Assembly: GCA_044359815.1 (NCBI GenBank)
Contig: JBIKLL010000002.1
Location: 32,001 to 96,000, forward strand
Direction of reading: 5' to 3'
Source of the DNA: Pseudobdellovibrionaceae bacterium
Lineage (GTDB): Bacteria > Bdellovibrionota > Bdellovibrionia > Bdellovibrionales > Bdellovibrionaceae
DNA length: 64,000 bases
Shown here: piece after piece, positions 1-9,403 of the stretch
Layout: every line of letters begins with the position of its first letter
Numbering within the stretch: position 1 is the stretch's first letter
Notes under the pieces: generated by a model
The model's database searches: none
The model's input: the letters and a program-made list of their open reading frames with translations, nothing else
What the model was told of the DNA's origin: nothing
Made by a program: the position numbers and the translations under genes

Positions 1-1960
1 CATCAGAAATAAGCATTTTCAGGACTTGGTGAATTTTGGATGAAGAATTTGTCTTTACCAAAGCCTGGTATCTGAACATTCCCCGCAGTTTTGAAATCGG
101 TGCTTCAACAGGTCCCAGAAATTCAACATCACCAAATTGCTGAATGTATTTTGCCTGCAGATTTTTAAACCTTACAGACATAAGTCTGGAAGTTTCAATC
201 ACCTTATTCAATTGAGTGCTCTGAATCCTGATGCCGACCAATTTACCCAGCGGCGGGTAGCTTAGCATCGCGCGATTTTCAATTTCCTCGGCGGCGAAAC
301 CTTTAAAATCATTCGCAAGAGCATACTTCAACGCCGGATGATCAGGATTATAAGTTTGAATAATAACTTTACCACTGGATCCTTGTGACAAATCCCGGCC
401 GGCTCTGCCTGCCATTTGTTGCATCAACTGAAAACTTCTTTCGGTGGCTCTGAAATCTGGCAGATGGAAACCAACGTCAGCCAAAATAATTCCAACCAAA
501 TTAAGTTTTGGGAAATCCAAACCCTTGGCAATCATTTGAGTGCCAACTAAAATTTGTGTTTGGCCTGATTCCATTTCTGAAATCAATTGCTCCAAGTCTT
601 TGCGGTTTTGAATTTCATCGCGGTCAGCACGGGCGACTTTGATATCGGGAAACAAAGATTTTAAATCGGTTTCTACCAGCTCGGTACCAGCGCCAATGGG
701 GCTGAGTTCACCATCACGGCAAGATCCGCATTCCAATTTATAGCGTTTTGAAAATCCACAATAATGGCACAACAATTCTGTACGGTGATGCAGGCTCAAC
801 GAAATATCACAATTGGGACATTCCTCGATATAACCGCAACCTTGGCACAATACAAACTGGGCACTGCCCCTGCGATTTAAAAACAAGGCTACCTGCAAAT
901 TATTTTCCAAAGTATTTTTAATCGCATCATACATAGGAATGCTTAGCCATTTTGGCAGATTTGGGTCCACATGAGCCTTGTTTTTAAAATCAACGATCGA
1001 CACTTCGGGCGCTGGAATTTGATTTACCCTTGATGGCATTTCAGACAACAAATATTTTTTAGTAATTACATTGTTCCAAGATTCAAGGCTGGGAGTGGCT
1101 GAACCCAATACAATTGGAATATTAAAATTTCTGGCCAACATAACTGCGCAATCTCTGGCGTTGTATTTTAATTTTTCATCCTGCTTATAGGATTGCTCGT
1201 GCTCTTCGTCGACGATAATCAATCCCAAATCATTCATCGGACAAAATAATGCCGACCTGGCGCCGATTAAAATCTTTTTGTTGCCCTCGGTGACTTCCCA
1301 CCAAAAATCTGTTTTTTCACGGGGAGTCAGCTGCGAATGTATCACTGCAATTTGATCACCGAATCGCGAATAAAACCTTTGCACCAGTTGTGGGGTCAAT
1401 GAAATCTCTGGCACCAATACCAAGGCTTGTTTACCCCTGGCTAAGGTCTTTTCGATCATTCGCAAATAAACTTCGGTTTTGCCAGAACCAGTCACGCCAA
1501 ACAGCATCTGCACAGCAAATTGTTCCAGTTTATCAAAATCTCTTAAGACGTTCTGTTGTTCGGAGGTCAATTCGGGTTTGGCTTTTACGGATTTATCAAT
1601 TTCGGCTAAAACTTTTTCTGATGATTTAATTTTTTTAGTGCTTTTTTTGGCCGGAGGAAAAAATCCACTAACAACCATACCCACCGGATAAAAATAATAA
1701 TCAGCAATCCATTTTGCCCAGCTTAAATATTTTTCAGACAGTAAAATTCCATCCTGAAATGGTTCTTTGATTGATTTAATTTTTTCTTTGACCAGATCAC
1801 TGGGGTTTGGTTCTTCCTCGATCAAAATTCCTGTGGCAGATCGTTTTCCCAATGGGACAACAACCCTTTGGCCTTTGACCAAAGGTTCGCTCAATAAAGA
1901 TTCTTGGTAAGTTAATAACTCACCGATAGGTGCGTCGACCGCGACTTTCCAATATTTCAT
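1..1960 (-). CDS. priA: Primosomal protein N' (replication restart helicase), 3' end runs off the window
   Basis: Not in the ORF track. Manual minus-strand translation from ATG at 1960 (MKYWKVAVDAPIG) gives Walker A FGVTGSGKTEVY, IIVDEEHEQSYKQ, a Cys-rich zinc module and ILVGTQMIAKGLDFP. Confidence 0.95.
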   Translation of the reverse strand, partial: MKYWKVAVDAPIGELLTYQESLLSEPLVKGQRVVVPLGKRSATGILIEEEPNPSDLVKEKIKSIKEPFQDGILLSEKYLSWAKWIADYYFYPVGMVVSGFFPPAKKSTKKIKSSEKVLAEIDKSVKAKPELTSEQQNVLRDFDKLEQFAVQMLFGVTGSGKTEVYLRMIEKTLARGKQALVLVPEISLTPQLVQRFYSRFGDQIAVIHSQLTPREKTDFWWEVTEGNKKILIGARSALFCPMNDLGLIIVDEEHEQSYKQDEKLKYNARDCAVMLARNFNIPIVLGSATPSLESWNNVITKKYLLSEMPSRVNQIPAPEVSIVDFKNKAHVDPNLPKWLSIPMYDAIKNTLENNLQVALFLNRRGSAQFVLCQGCGYIEECPNCDISLSLHHRTELLCHYCGFSKRYKLECGSCRDGELSPIGAGTELVETDLKSLFPDIKVARADRDEIQNRKDLEQLISEMESGQTQILVGTQMIAKGLDFPKLNLVGIILADVGFHLPDFRATERSFQLMQQMAGRAGRDLSQGSSGKVIIQTYNPDHPALKYALANDFKGFAAEEIENRAMLSYPPLGKLVGIRIQSTQLNKVIETSRLMSVRFKNLQAKYIQQFGDVEFLGPVEAPISKLRGMFRYQALVKTNSSSKIHQVLKMLISD

Positions 1961-2760
1961 CTAAACTTTGAATAAAATTCTTCGATTTTTTTTCTTTGCT
2001 CGGATGCAACCAAAGGATCAATTTTGAAAGTCCCTTGTTTGATCAATCCAGCTATGTCTTTACCTTTGCCAAGCACATTCAGTGTTCTGATTCTGGTTGT
2101 ATTGCTTTCCCATTTAATGACTCTTTCAGATGGGTAACTCATCCCTCTGGCAAATTGCGAATATTTACTGACGTTCAGCTCCAGACCATCACGGATTTTA
2201 ATTTTGCGAACAAAATATGAATCTTGTTCAACCCACAGTCCACTGATGCCCGGGCTTTGACTGGGATCAAAATACAAAAACTGAGGCAACCCTGAAAGCT
2301 TTGAGTATCTAACAAAAGGTTCAAAATTTATTTCACCGGTTTTATTGTTTTTATAGGGACGCTTTTGCAGAACATTTTTGGGTAGCAGTCTAAAATCCTG
2401 ACCCAATTTAACAAATTCCTCGGGACTTTTTGCATGAAAAAAGGGTTCAAAAAACACAGACTCAGAATCTTTTTTAAGTTCAGAATATCTAACGCCATTT
2501 CTGTAGATAAAATTAGCGTCGACTAAACCCTTAAGGTTTTTAGTTCCGGAAACATGCACAGACATGTTGTTGTTATCAATGATGTACCAAGTTTCCTTTA
2601 ACGACACGGTTTCTGTTTCGGTTATTATTTCCACATCCAGATTGATTTCATAGGGTGGTTTTCCCGATTGTTCGGCAACCCTGCCTATTACGTAGCTGGC
2701 TCTGGGAATAAATGCTTGTGCAGAATTGATAATTACAAAAAATAGTCCAATAAAATTCAT
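1957..2760 (-). CDS. Hypothetical exported protein
   Basis: 267-aa ORF with signal peptide (AQA-F). Its stop overlaps the priA start (ATGA) and it lies 2 bp from galU. Confidence 0.75.
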   Translation of the reverse strand: MNFIGLFFVIINSAQAFIPRASYVIGRVAEQSGKPPYEINLDVEIITETETVSLKETWYIIDNNNMSVHVSGTKNLKGLVDANFIYRNGVRYSELKKDSESVFFEPFFHAKSPEEFVKLGQDFRLLPKNVLQKRPYKNNKTGEINFEPFVRYSKLSGLPQFLYFDPSQSPGISGLWVEQDSYFVRKIKIRDGLELNVSKYSQFARGMSYPSERVIKWESNTTRIRTLNVLGKGKDIAGLIKQGTFKIDPLVASEQRKKIEEFYSKFR

Positions 2761-2762
2761 AC

Positions 2763-3644
2763 CTAAATCCTTTTCAATAATTTCTTAATGTAATCCTCAA
2801 GAGGCTTTTTTAAATCGGGTCTCTTAAGTGCAATCTCGATATTGGCAATTAAATATCCTAGCTTATCACCAGCATCAAATCTGTTGGACTGCAATTGGGT
2901 GGCTATGACTGTGCCTTTATGTGCTTGTTGGTTAATGGCATCTGTCAGCTGAATTTCTTGATTTTTGCCTGGCTTAGTTTCCTTCAAGAGATTAAAAATC
3001 TGCGGGTTTAATACATAGCGCCCCGGCAATGCCCAACGGCTTTTTGTTTCATTGGCAGCAGGCTTTTCAATCAAATTTGTGACTTTAAAAAGCGAATCTT
3101 TCCATTCGGTAACCTCGGCAATACCGTATTTGCTCACGCTATCATCGTCTACGGTCATTAATGGGATGGTGGATTCTTGGTATTTATTAAATACTGAAAT
3201 CAACTGAGCTGTCGCATTGGCCGATTGCCCATCGTTTTGAAAAATCTCATCCCCCAACAGCACCGCAAAAGGTTCCGAACCAATAATTTTTTCTGCGCAC
3301 AAAACGGCATGACCTAATCCCAAAGGATTTTTTTGTCTGACACTTATGATGTTGACGTTATCCCTGATTTTTTTGAGCAAATTCAAAAGCTCTAGGCGGT
3401 TTTCAGATTCCAGCTTGCTTTCCAACTCAAATGAAACATCAAAAAAATCTTCGATGGCTGTTTTGCCGCGTCCTTGAATTAAAACAATGTCTTCAATCCC
3501 GGCTTTCAGGGCTTCTTCGACTACATAAAATATAATCGGGGCATCTACGATTGTGAGCATTTCTTTGGGAATGGTTTTAGTAGCTGGCAGAAACCTGGTT
3601 CCAAGTCCTGCTGCTGGGATGATTGCCTTACGAATTTTACTCAT
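2763..3644 (-). CDS. galU: UTP--glucose-1-phosphate uridylyltransferase
   Basis: KAIIPAAGLGTRFLPATKTIPKEML, LGLGHAVLCA, EIQLTDAI motifs. Confidence 0.96.
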   Translation of the reverse strand: MSKIRKAIIPAAGLGTRFLPATKTIPKEMLTIVDAPIIFYVVEEALKAGIEDIVLIQGRGKTAIEDFFDVSFELESKLESENRLELLNLLKKIRDNVNIISVRQKNPLGLGHAVLCAEKIIGSEPFAVLLGDEIFQNDGQSANATAQLISVFNKYQESTIPLMTVDDDSVSKYGIAEVTEWKDSLFKVTNLIEKPAANETKSRWALPGRYVLNPQIFNLLKETKPGKNQEIQLTDAINQQAHKGTVIATQLQSNRFDAGDKLGYLIANIEIALKRPDLKKPLEDYIKKLLKRI

Positions 3645-3689
3645 AGATTGGTTTTCCCAAAACCTAAGTCATGTGACAACCCTAAAACT

Positions 3690-3704
3690 GTCTCAAAATG
3701 AGAT
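3690..3704. promoter_or_regulatory. Palindromic candidate operator GTCTCA-N3-TGAGAT
   Basis: Lies in the divergent galU/lipoprotein intergenic region; the same motif recurs at 26328 and 50299. Confidence 0.45.
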
Positions 3705-3767
3705 TTTTGGCCGCATTCAACAGTTCTTGTTTTGGTGTCGCAGATTGTTACGTGTTACACTCTAAGG

Positions 3768-5090
3768 ATGGGGAAATTCAAAGTTTATTCGACCAGAGTT
3801 TTGTTACTTTTGATTTGCATTGTGTTGATTGTTCCTGTTTTTCAAAACTGCGGAAATCCTACTCTGGATGAAGAAGCCTCATTGGAAGTTGGAACAACCA
3901 GTGACCCCAAAATATTATCGACCGAAGCTAAACATTTTCCCTATGAATTGTCGATCAATCAAGTAGCCTATATGTCTTGCCCAAATACAGCAGGTTCCAG
4001 CGGAGTTCATTCTTCTACTTTTACCTTCAAGATTGGCGGCTATGATGTGACTGGCACCCCGACAACCGCGCTGGGGATGAAAGAAGGCGGATTGCGTATC
4101 AATCCCAGTTATTTCAGTGAACTCAATGCTCAGTTTGCAAATCTGCCTCAAAGCTCAAAGGATGGTAAATTTCTGGAAGCCCTGTCTTCTGGTGTTTACA
4201 CTAAAACCACAGGACTAGAGGTCGCTCTCAGAAGCACTCAGTTGGGTTTGCGAACCATGGTTTATGCCAGAGGCAGCTCCCCTGAAGATCAAATTGGCAA
4301 GTTTTTACCCATACTCAGTGATTCGGGAGTAGCCAGCGCACTGATCGAAAAAGCAAAAACTAATTCAACAGGTTACACGAACTATTTTCCCAATGTTTCA
4401 GAGCAGATTCTAAAACATTTTGAAAGCGGGATTTCCATACCCGTTGGTGAAGGCTCTGATGAAAGTGTTTTCAGAAGCGAGCTTTCAAACACAATGTTAG
4501 TGACTGGATTTGCAGACACAGCTGTGGCCTCGGCAACCAGTTATGGTAACGAGCCTTTCACAAAAGACAAAACATCCAAAGATTCAATGCTTGGAACTGG
4601 ATTTGGGTTTACGTTTTCAAGACCTGGCGGAGTGAATTTTTCTAATTATCCAGCCAGGACAATTTCAAATATTCAGGAATTCGATCTGTCACCTGCCAGA
4701 CCCCAAGCTGTTGCTGCAAATTGGAATTGTTCATTGAAACTCAAAATTGTGCGCGAAACAGATCGGTTGATGCCAGTCTATGTTACCAGCTCTACCAAAA
4801 AAGAAGCTTGTCCCTTTGAACCAGTGGCAGCTCAAGCATCTTCTACTGCAAAAGCACAAATGCAAGTCCTAAGAAGATTTTTACCAGCTGAATACTGGGA
4901 CATTAATTTGACTGACAAATGCGTGGTCCCCAGAAACGGAACCAATCTGTGTTACGCTGGAAATGTTGATCCCATTGTCTATGACAGTTATTTTTTCCCA
5001 ACCGCGGTTCAAGCGGGGCAATACACTGGTTGCAGCGTCAGTGGCCAATATGAATGCGCGCATTATGTGACCGTCTGTTACAAGAACTAG
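3768..5090 (+). CDS. Hypothetical lipoprotein (FQNC-type signal) with Cys-rich C-terminus
   Basis: Likely start ATG 3768 (MGKFKV). Hydrophobic stretch ending VPVFQNC; several Cys in the C-terminal part. Confidence 0.75.
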   Translation: MGKFKVYSTRVLLLLICIVLIVPVFQNCGNPTLDEEASLEVGTTSDPKILSTEAKHFPYELSINQVAYMSCPNTAGSSGVHSSTFTFKIGGYDVTGTPTTALGMKEGGLRINPSYFSELNAQFANLPQSSKDGKFLEALSSGVYTKTTGLEVALRSTQLGLRTMVYARGSSPEDQIGKFLPILSDSGVASALIEKAKTNSTGYTNYFPNVSEQILKHFESGISIPVGEGSDESVFRSELSNTMLVTGFADTAVASATSYGNEPFTKDKTSKDSMLGTGFGFTFSRPGGVNFSNYPARTISNIQEFDLSPARPQAVAANWNCSLKLKIVRETDRLMPVYVTSSTKKEACPFEPVAAQASSTAKAQMQVLRRFLPAEYWDINLTDKCVVPRNGTNLCYAGNVDPIVYDSYFFPTAVQAGQYTGCSVSGQYECAHYVTVCYKN

Positions 5091-5126
5091 TTGTCAATAT
5101 CTGGAAATTTAGATTCAATTTATCTT

Positions 5127-5978
5127 ATGAAATTTGCTGTCATCATTGGAATTTTTTTGTCGCAATCATTATCGGCTTATGAAGGCGCTGTCAGCCGAGC
5201 CAATGGCGGAGTCGGTGCCGCCGTGGTCGAGGCCGGGGAAACTCCATTTCAAAATCCTGCTGGAATTGCCCATTTAAGAGGTTACCGCTTTACCAGTGGG
5301 TATTCGGTTTTTAATGAATCAGAAGCAATCAAAAATTCGTCATGGGCGTTTTCTCTGACTGAAAACACGAAGGACACCGTAGTGCCCACATCGCTTTCGT
5401 ATTACCAAACCAAACATGAGGAAATTGATCAGCTCCAAAACGAATACTTGATCCGCGAAATCCGATTAGGGTTTGCAAATTTTTTCAAAAGAAAATGGTC
5501 TTTTGGATTAGGGGTTAATTTTAACGAAAATCGATACCGTGAAAAGTCATGGACACAAACTAATTTGGTTGCAGGAATGCTGTTTGCCCCTTCACCAAAA
5601 ATTGGATTTGGAATGTTTATTAACAATCTGGTTCCGCCAAAATCCGAGGTTCCAGAGGTTGTCAGACAGAAACAGATTTCAAGCTTTGGGACTACGGTGA
5701 ATTATTTGAAATACATCCGCATAAAAGCCGATATCCGTTCTGCCGAAAACCTGAATTTTGGCAAGCCCACTATTGGGGGCGGAATTGAGACCTATATGAA
5801 TGATTGGGTGATTTTTCGAATCGGAGCTCAAAAAAACTATCAGCTTAATCAGGAGTTTTATTCTACAGGTCTCAGTTTTGATGGCCCAAGGTTTGGACTT
5901 CATTATGGGTTTTTGATGTCACCCGAAGACACCAGGCTCACCAGCCATGCCATTGACTTAAGCTTGCCGCTTTGGTAG
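5127..5978 (+). CDS. Outer-membrane beta-barrel, FadL/PorV-like
   Basis: Signal peptide followed by GAVSRANGG..A....E....NPAGIA, an N-terminal motif typical of FadL/PorV/TraF barrels. Amphipathic strands and terminal Trp. Confidence 0.65.
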   Translation: MKFAVIIGIFLSQSLSAYEGAVSRANGGVGAAVVEAGETPFQNPAGIAHLRGYRFTSGYSVFNESEAIKNSSWAFSLTENTKDTVVPTSLSYYQTKHEEIDQLQNEYLIREIRLGFANFFKRKWSFGLGVNFNENRYREKSWTQTNLVAGMLFAPSPKIGFGMFINNLVPPKSEVPEVVRQKQISSFGTTVNYLKYIRIKADIRSAENLNFGKPTIGGGIETYMNDWVIFRIGAQKNYQLNQEFYSTGLSFDGPRFGLHYGFLMSPEDTRLTSHAIDLSLPLW

Positions 5979-6002
5979 ACCCTCTAAAAAACGGAGAGTG
6001 TC

Positions 6003-6131
6003 ATGGCTTCTAAAACTAAAGCAACTGAACATAAAAGACTGAGAAGAGATAAAAATATGGGTAAAAAGCGTAAAGCAAAAGCCCGTAACAATGGAAGCAC
6101 CAAAAGCGAAAAAGCTTTGTTTGGCGACTAG
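6003..6131 (+). CDS. Small (42 aa) highly basic hypothetical protein, absent from the ORF track
   Basis: GGAGAG RBS then ATG. MASKTKATEHKRLRRDKNMGKKRKAKARNNGSTKSEKALFGD*. Fills the gap exactly; its stop overlaps the tonB stop (CTAG). Confidence 0.7.
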   Translation: MASKTKATEHKRLRRDKNMGKKRKAKARNNGSTKSEKALFGD

Positions 6132-7243
6132 TTAGCTCCTACTTTTCTTCTGAGGGTGGTTGGCTTTTCTTGAACGCCGCCCTTTAGATCCCATTTAAAT
6201 GGGATTTCAACCCAACCCTCTTGTCCTGGATAAAATCTCCATTCCTTTAATGCCGCTAACGTTTTGCTGTCCAATTCACGGTGACCAGTTGAATTCACTA
6301 ATTCAAATTTTGCGGGAACTCCTGATTTTGTAATGTACGCTAAAAGTGTGATATCGCCCTGACGTTTTCTGAGTCTGTCATCAACCCCATACATTGGTTT
6401 TTTGTTTCCAGGCATTTGCCTTAGGTCTTCCAGTGCTCTGACATTGGATTTACCCTCGTAAGCATTTAGGCCATTGCCGCCTTCGCCCTCGAACTTCTGC
6501 TTTTTGGCATTCTGAGCAGCCAAGGCAGTCGCCATCTCAGAGTCTCTTTTGGCTTTTAAGGACTTAGCTTTATTATCCAAATCTTGATCATCTTCAACCA
6601 CCAGCTGTTTCAAGGCATCAAATTCTTGATCAATATTTTTCATTTCTTTATCAGATTGTTCTGATAAATCCTGACTGGCCTTTAAGATTTTTGAATTTTC
6701 TTGGTGATCGACTTCATCAAAATCATTTTCGATTTCTTGAGCTTGCAGATTTTCAGGTACCAAGACCTTAGTTTCACCTAAATCATCATCTAACATGGGA
6801 ACTTCTGATTCTGAGTCCAGATCATAAGTTTCAACAGGTTTTGATTTATAGTTTTTGTCTTTGATCAATTTAACCGCAGGTTCTGTGATTAATTTCGGGC
6901 TACTTCTGTGAACTCTTGTTGGCTTATTTTGAGCAATATTTTTGGCTTTTTTAACAATGACTTCTGATCGGTCATTAAGCCGAGTATTATTAGCAACAGG
7001 AACATCAGCGGTCGAATTGTCCACGGCAGACGATTCTGCTTTTTCAATCGGCTTTTCGCCTGGTGCTGCAATGGGTGCTGCTGTTGCCAATTTAAATTCG
7101 ATTTCAATGATCTCTGGTTTTGGCTTTAGCAGAGTGTAGTAGGTCAGGCCAATTACAATTGCTACATGCAGAATTGCTGACAATCCTACGAATCCAATTG
7201 TACGTCCTTTGCCGGCACCTGCCGTGCGAGTCTGAATATGCAT
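6128..7243 (-). CDS. TonB-family energy transducer
   Basis: N-terminal TM with S-x3-H (SAILH), long charged linker, C-terminal TonB domain (QGDITLLAYITKSG...STGHRELD...WRFYPG). Confidence 0.85.
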   Translation of the reverse strand: MHIQTRTAGAGKGRTIGFVGLSAILHVAIVIGLTYYTLLKPKPEIIEIEFKLATAAPIAAPGEKPIEKAESSAVDNSTADVPVANNTRLNDRSEVIVKKAKNIAQNKPTRVHRSSPKLITEPAVKLIKDKNYKSKPVETYDLDSESEVPMLDDDLGETKVLVPENLQAQEIENDFDEVDHQENSKILKASQDLSEQSDKEMKNIDQEFDALKQLVVEDDQDLDNKAKSLKAKRDSEMATALAAQNAKKQKFEGEGGNGLNAYEGKSNVRALEDLRQMPGNKKPMYGVDDRLRKRQGDITLLAYITKSGVPAKFELVNSTGHRELDSKTLAALKEWRFYPGQEGWVEIPFKWDLKGGVQEKPTTLRRKVGAN

Positions 7244-7402
7244 CTGTTACCTCGCATAAATGCATAACAAGAATTGGGCCTAAGTAAGCTGCGTCCCTTT
7301 AGCTTATTGACAGTCCAAGACTGTAGAATCTTCATTGGTGTAAGGATTGTGGTCACGTCAGTTGTTAAAAAGCGACGATTTTTGCTGTATAGACAGAACC
7401 AA

Positions 7403-8530
7403 TTATTCTTGTAGCTTCTGAATCAAGTTTGCTGGCACTGAGCCTTTTTTAACAGCCTCAGAAAGCGCTTTGTGATCTGCATGCCCAACCATTTTCTGAG
7501 ATTTCTCCCAAGACAAACCGGCATAGTCTTTCACATGGTGAACTCTGAATTCTAAATTTCTTTTGTATGTGGCTTCCAAATGCGCCGCTGACAGTTTGCC
7601 GTCTGAGACAGCTTTTTTTATAGCTTCGACAGCGATTTGTTGGCTTTCGGGTTCATTACAATACAACAACATGTCGGCCCCGGCTTGCAATGCTCTGACT
7701 GGGATAAAATCCTTGGCATAGTGTTTTGCCATGGCCTTCATATCCAGATCATCAGTGATGACCATTCCGTTAAATCGCAGTTCATCCCGTAAAATATTTT
7801 TCAGAAATTTTTCTGACAATGTAACTGGCCAGTCTGGATCGATATTTTTAAAGCGAATGTGTGCTGTCATTACAAAATTAGCCTTAGATTTAAAAGCTTT
7901 TTTAAATGGAATCATCTCGGTATTTCTGAGCCGTTCCAGGTCGGCCTCTTCAATGGGCAAATCCTCATGGGAATCAATCAAGGTATGACCGTGTCCTGGA
8001 AAATGCTTAATACATGGCAGTACTCCGGCTTTCAGCAAACCTCTGATCAATGCAGAACCGTGTTTTGCAACCAGCTCAGGATCTGAACCCACAGAACGAT
8101 CACCAATGATTTGGTTTTGAGGGTTAGTAAAAATATCCAAGCAAGGAGCGAAATCCACATTGATTCCCACAGCCGCTAGCTCCAGACCCAAAGATTGATA
8201 AGCTAAAAAAGAAACTGTGGGAGAATCCAAATCCCCATAGGCTTTCAGCGCAGGCCATTCTGTGAATGGATTTTTTAGCCTAGCGACCCGGCCACCTTCC
8301 ATATCTATGGCCACAATAAATGGAGCTTTAGATTTCATTTGATGTGACAACTGATGCAGTTCTTGAGTCAGCTCAAAAACTTGTCTGGGGTCTTTGACGT
8401 TTCTGGCAAATAAAGTCACTCCAGAAATATTGTTGTTTAAAATAAATTTCTTTTCATCTTCTGTTAACGACAGTCCCGAAATACCTATACAAATATGTCC
8501 GCCAATGGCTTCAGTGATGTCAGACAACAT
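7403..8530 (-). CDS. nagZ: Beta-N-acetylhexosaminidase (GH3)
   Basis: IDMEGGRV, KHFPGHG...DSH, ITDDLDM motifs. Confidence 0.92.
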   Translation of the reverse strand: MLSDITEAIGGHICIGISGLSLTEDEKKFILNNNISGVTLFARNVKDPRQVFELTQELHQLSHQMKSKAPFIVAIDMEGGRVARLKNPFTEWPALKAYGDLDSPTVSFLAYQSLGLELAAVGINVDFAPCLDIFTNPQNQIIGDRSVGSDPELVAKHGSALIRGLLKAGVLPCIKHFPGHGHTLIDSHEDLPIEEADLERLRNTEMIPFKKAFKSKANFVMTAHIRFKNIDPDWPVTLSEKFLKNILRDELRFNGMVITDDLDMKAMAKHYAKDFIPVRALQAGADMLLYCNEPESQQIAVEAIKKAVSDGKLSAAHLEATYKRNLEFRVHHVKDYAGLSWEKSQKMVGHADHKALSEAVKKGSVPANLIQKLQE

Positions 8531-9309
8531 TACTTCCCCTTTTCCTTGTACGATTTAGAGACTGGATTTTCCTGCCCCAATGGTACGGCACCAAACAGTG
8601 AAGTCAAAGTATCTGTTGGAATCGGTAAATTCAAAGTTGCCTCAGATGATTGATGTACCAGCTCACTCTGCAAACTGAACGAAGGTGATTTGGTTGATAT
8701 GACTTCGCCTTTTTCAGTAACATAGCTTATGAATTTTACATCCTTGAAATCATTAATCACTCGGTATGCTTGAATTGAATTAACGGCTTCCATTTTCTGA
8801 ACCACTGCCAACCCCTGATAAATTTCTGCGTCTTCTTCAGCAATGGCCTTGTAATCAAATTTTGTTTCCGGTTTAAAGCCAGTTTTGCTTTTTAAAATCA
8901 AGTAGGTCAAAAACGTGCTCAAAAAACTGCCCTTAGGAAGATCCTTTGAAATCTTTTTGTCTTTACCGGATCCGTCCTTGATTGTGGCCGTCATTTTTTG
9001 ATTTTTAAAACTGGCATCTATGGCTTTTGCTGATTTACCTACTAACGTTGTGTAGCTGTAGGAAACCGGAGATAACTTTTCATCAGCAATGGCCTTTAAG
9101 CTTTCAGCCACGTTGCCACCCAGTTCATTGGTTTTTAAAAAACTGGTAGCAATAAATTGCTTTTTTTTGGGATCAAACTCATAGCGATTTACCGAATATC
9201 CAACATGGGCACCACCAGAACTGATTTTGAAATACCCTTCAAACAAAACCTCTGCCCGCAGTTGAAAGCAACTTAAAAAGATTGGTAAAAACAATGTCCA
9301 TCTGACCAT
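8530..9309 (-). CDS. Hypothetical exported protein
   Basis: 259-aa ORF with signal peptide; stop overlaps the nagZ start. Confidence 0.75.
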   Translation of the reverse strand: MVRWTLFLPIFLSCFQLRAEVLFEGYFKISSGGAHVGYSVNRYEFDPKKKQFIATSFLKTNELGGNVAESLKAIADEKLSPVSYSYTTLVGKSAKAIDASFKNQKMTATIKDGSGKDKKISKDLPKGSFLSTFLTYLILKSKTGFKPETKFDYKAIAEEDAEIYQGLAVVQKMEAVNSIQAYRVINDFKDVKFISYVTEKGEVISTKSPSFSLQSELVHQSSEATLNLPIPTDTLTSLFGAVPLGQENPVSKSYKEKGK

Positions 9310-9403
9310 AGTCTGGAACTCCCGCTGCGAGGTTGGTAGATAAAAGTCTGACTTTGTAAAGCTGAACTGTCAAAGACTCAGAAGTCGAGTTTTAATATAA
9401 CAA

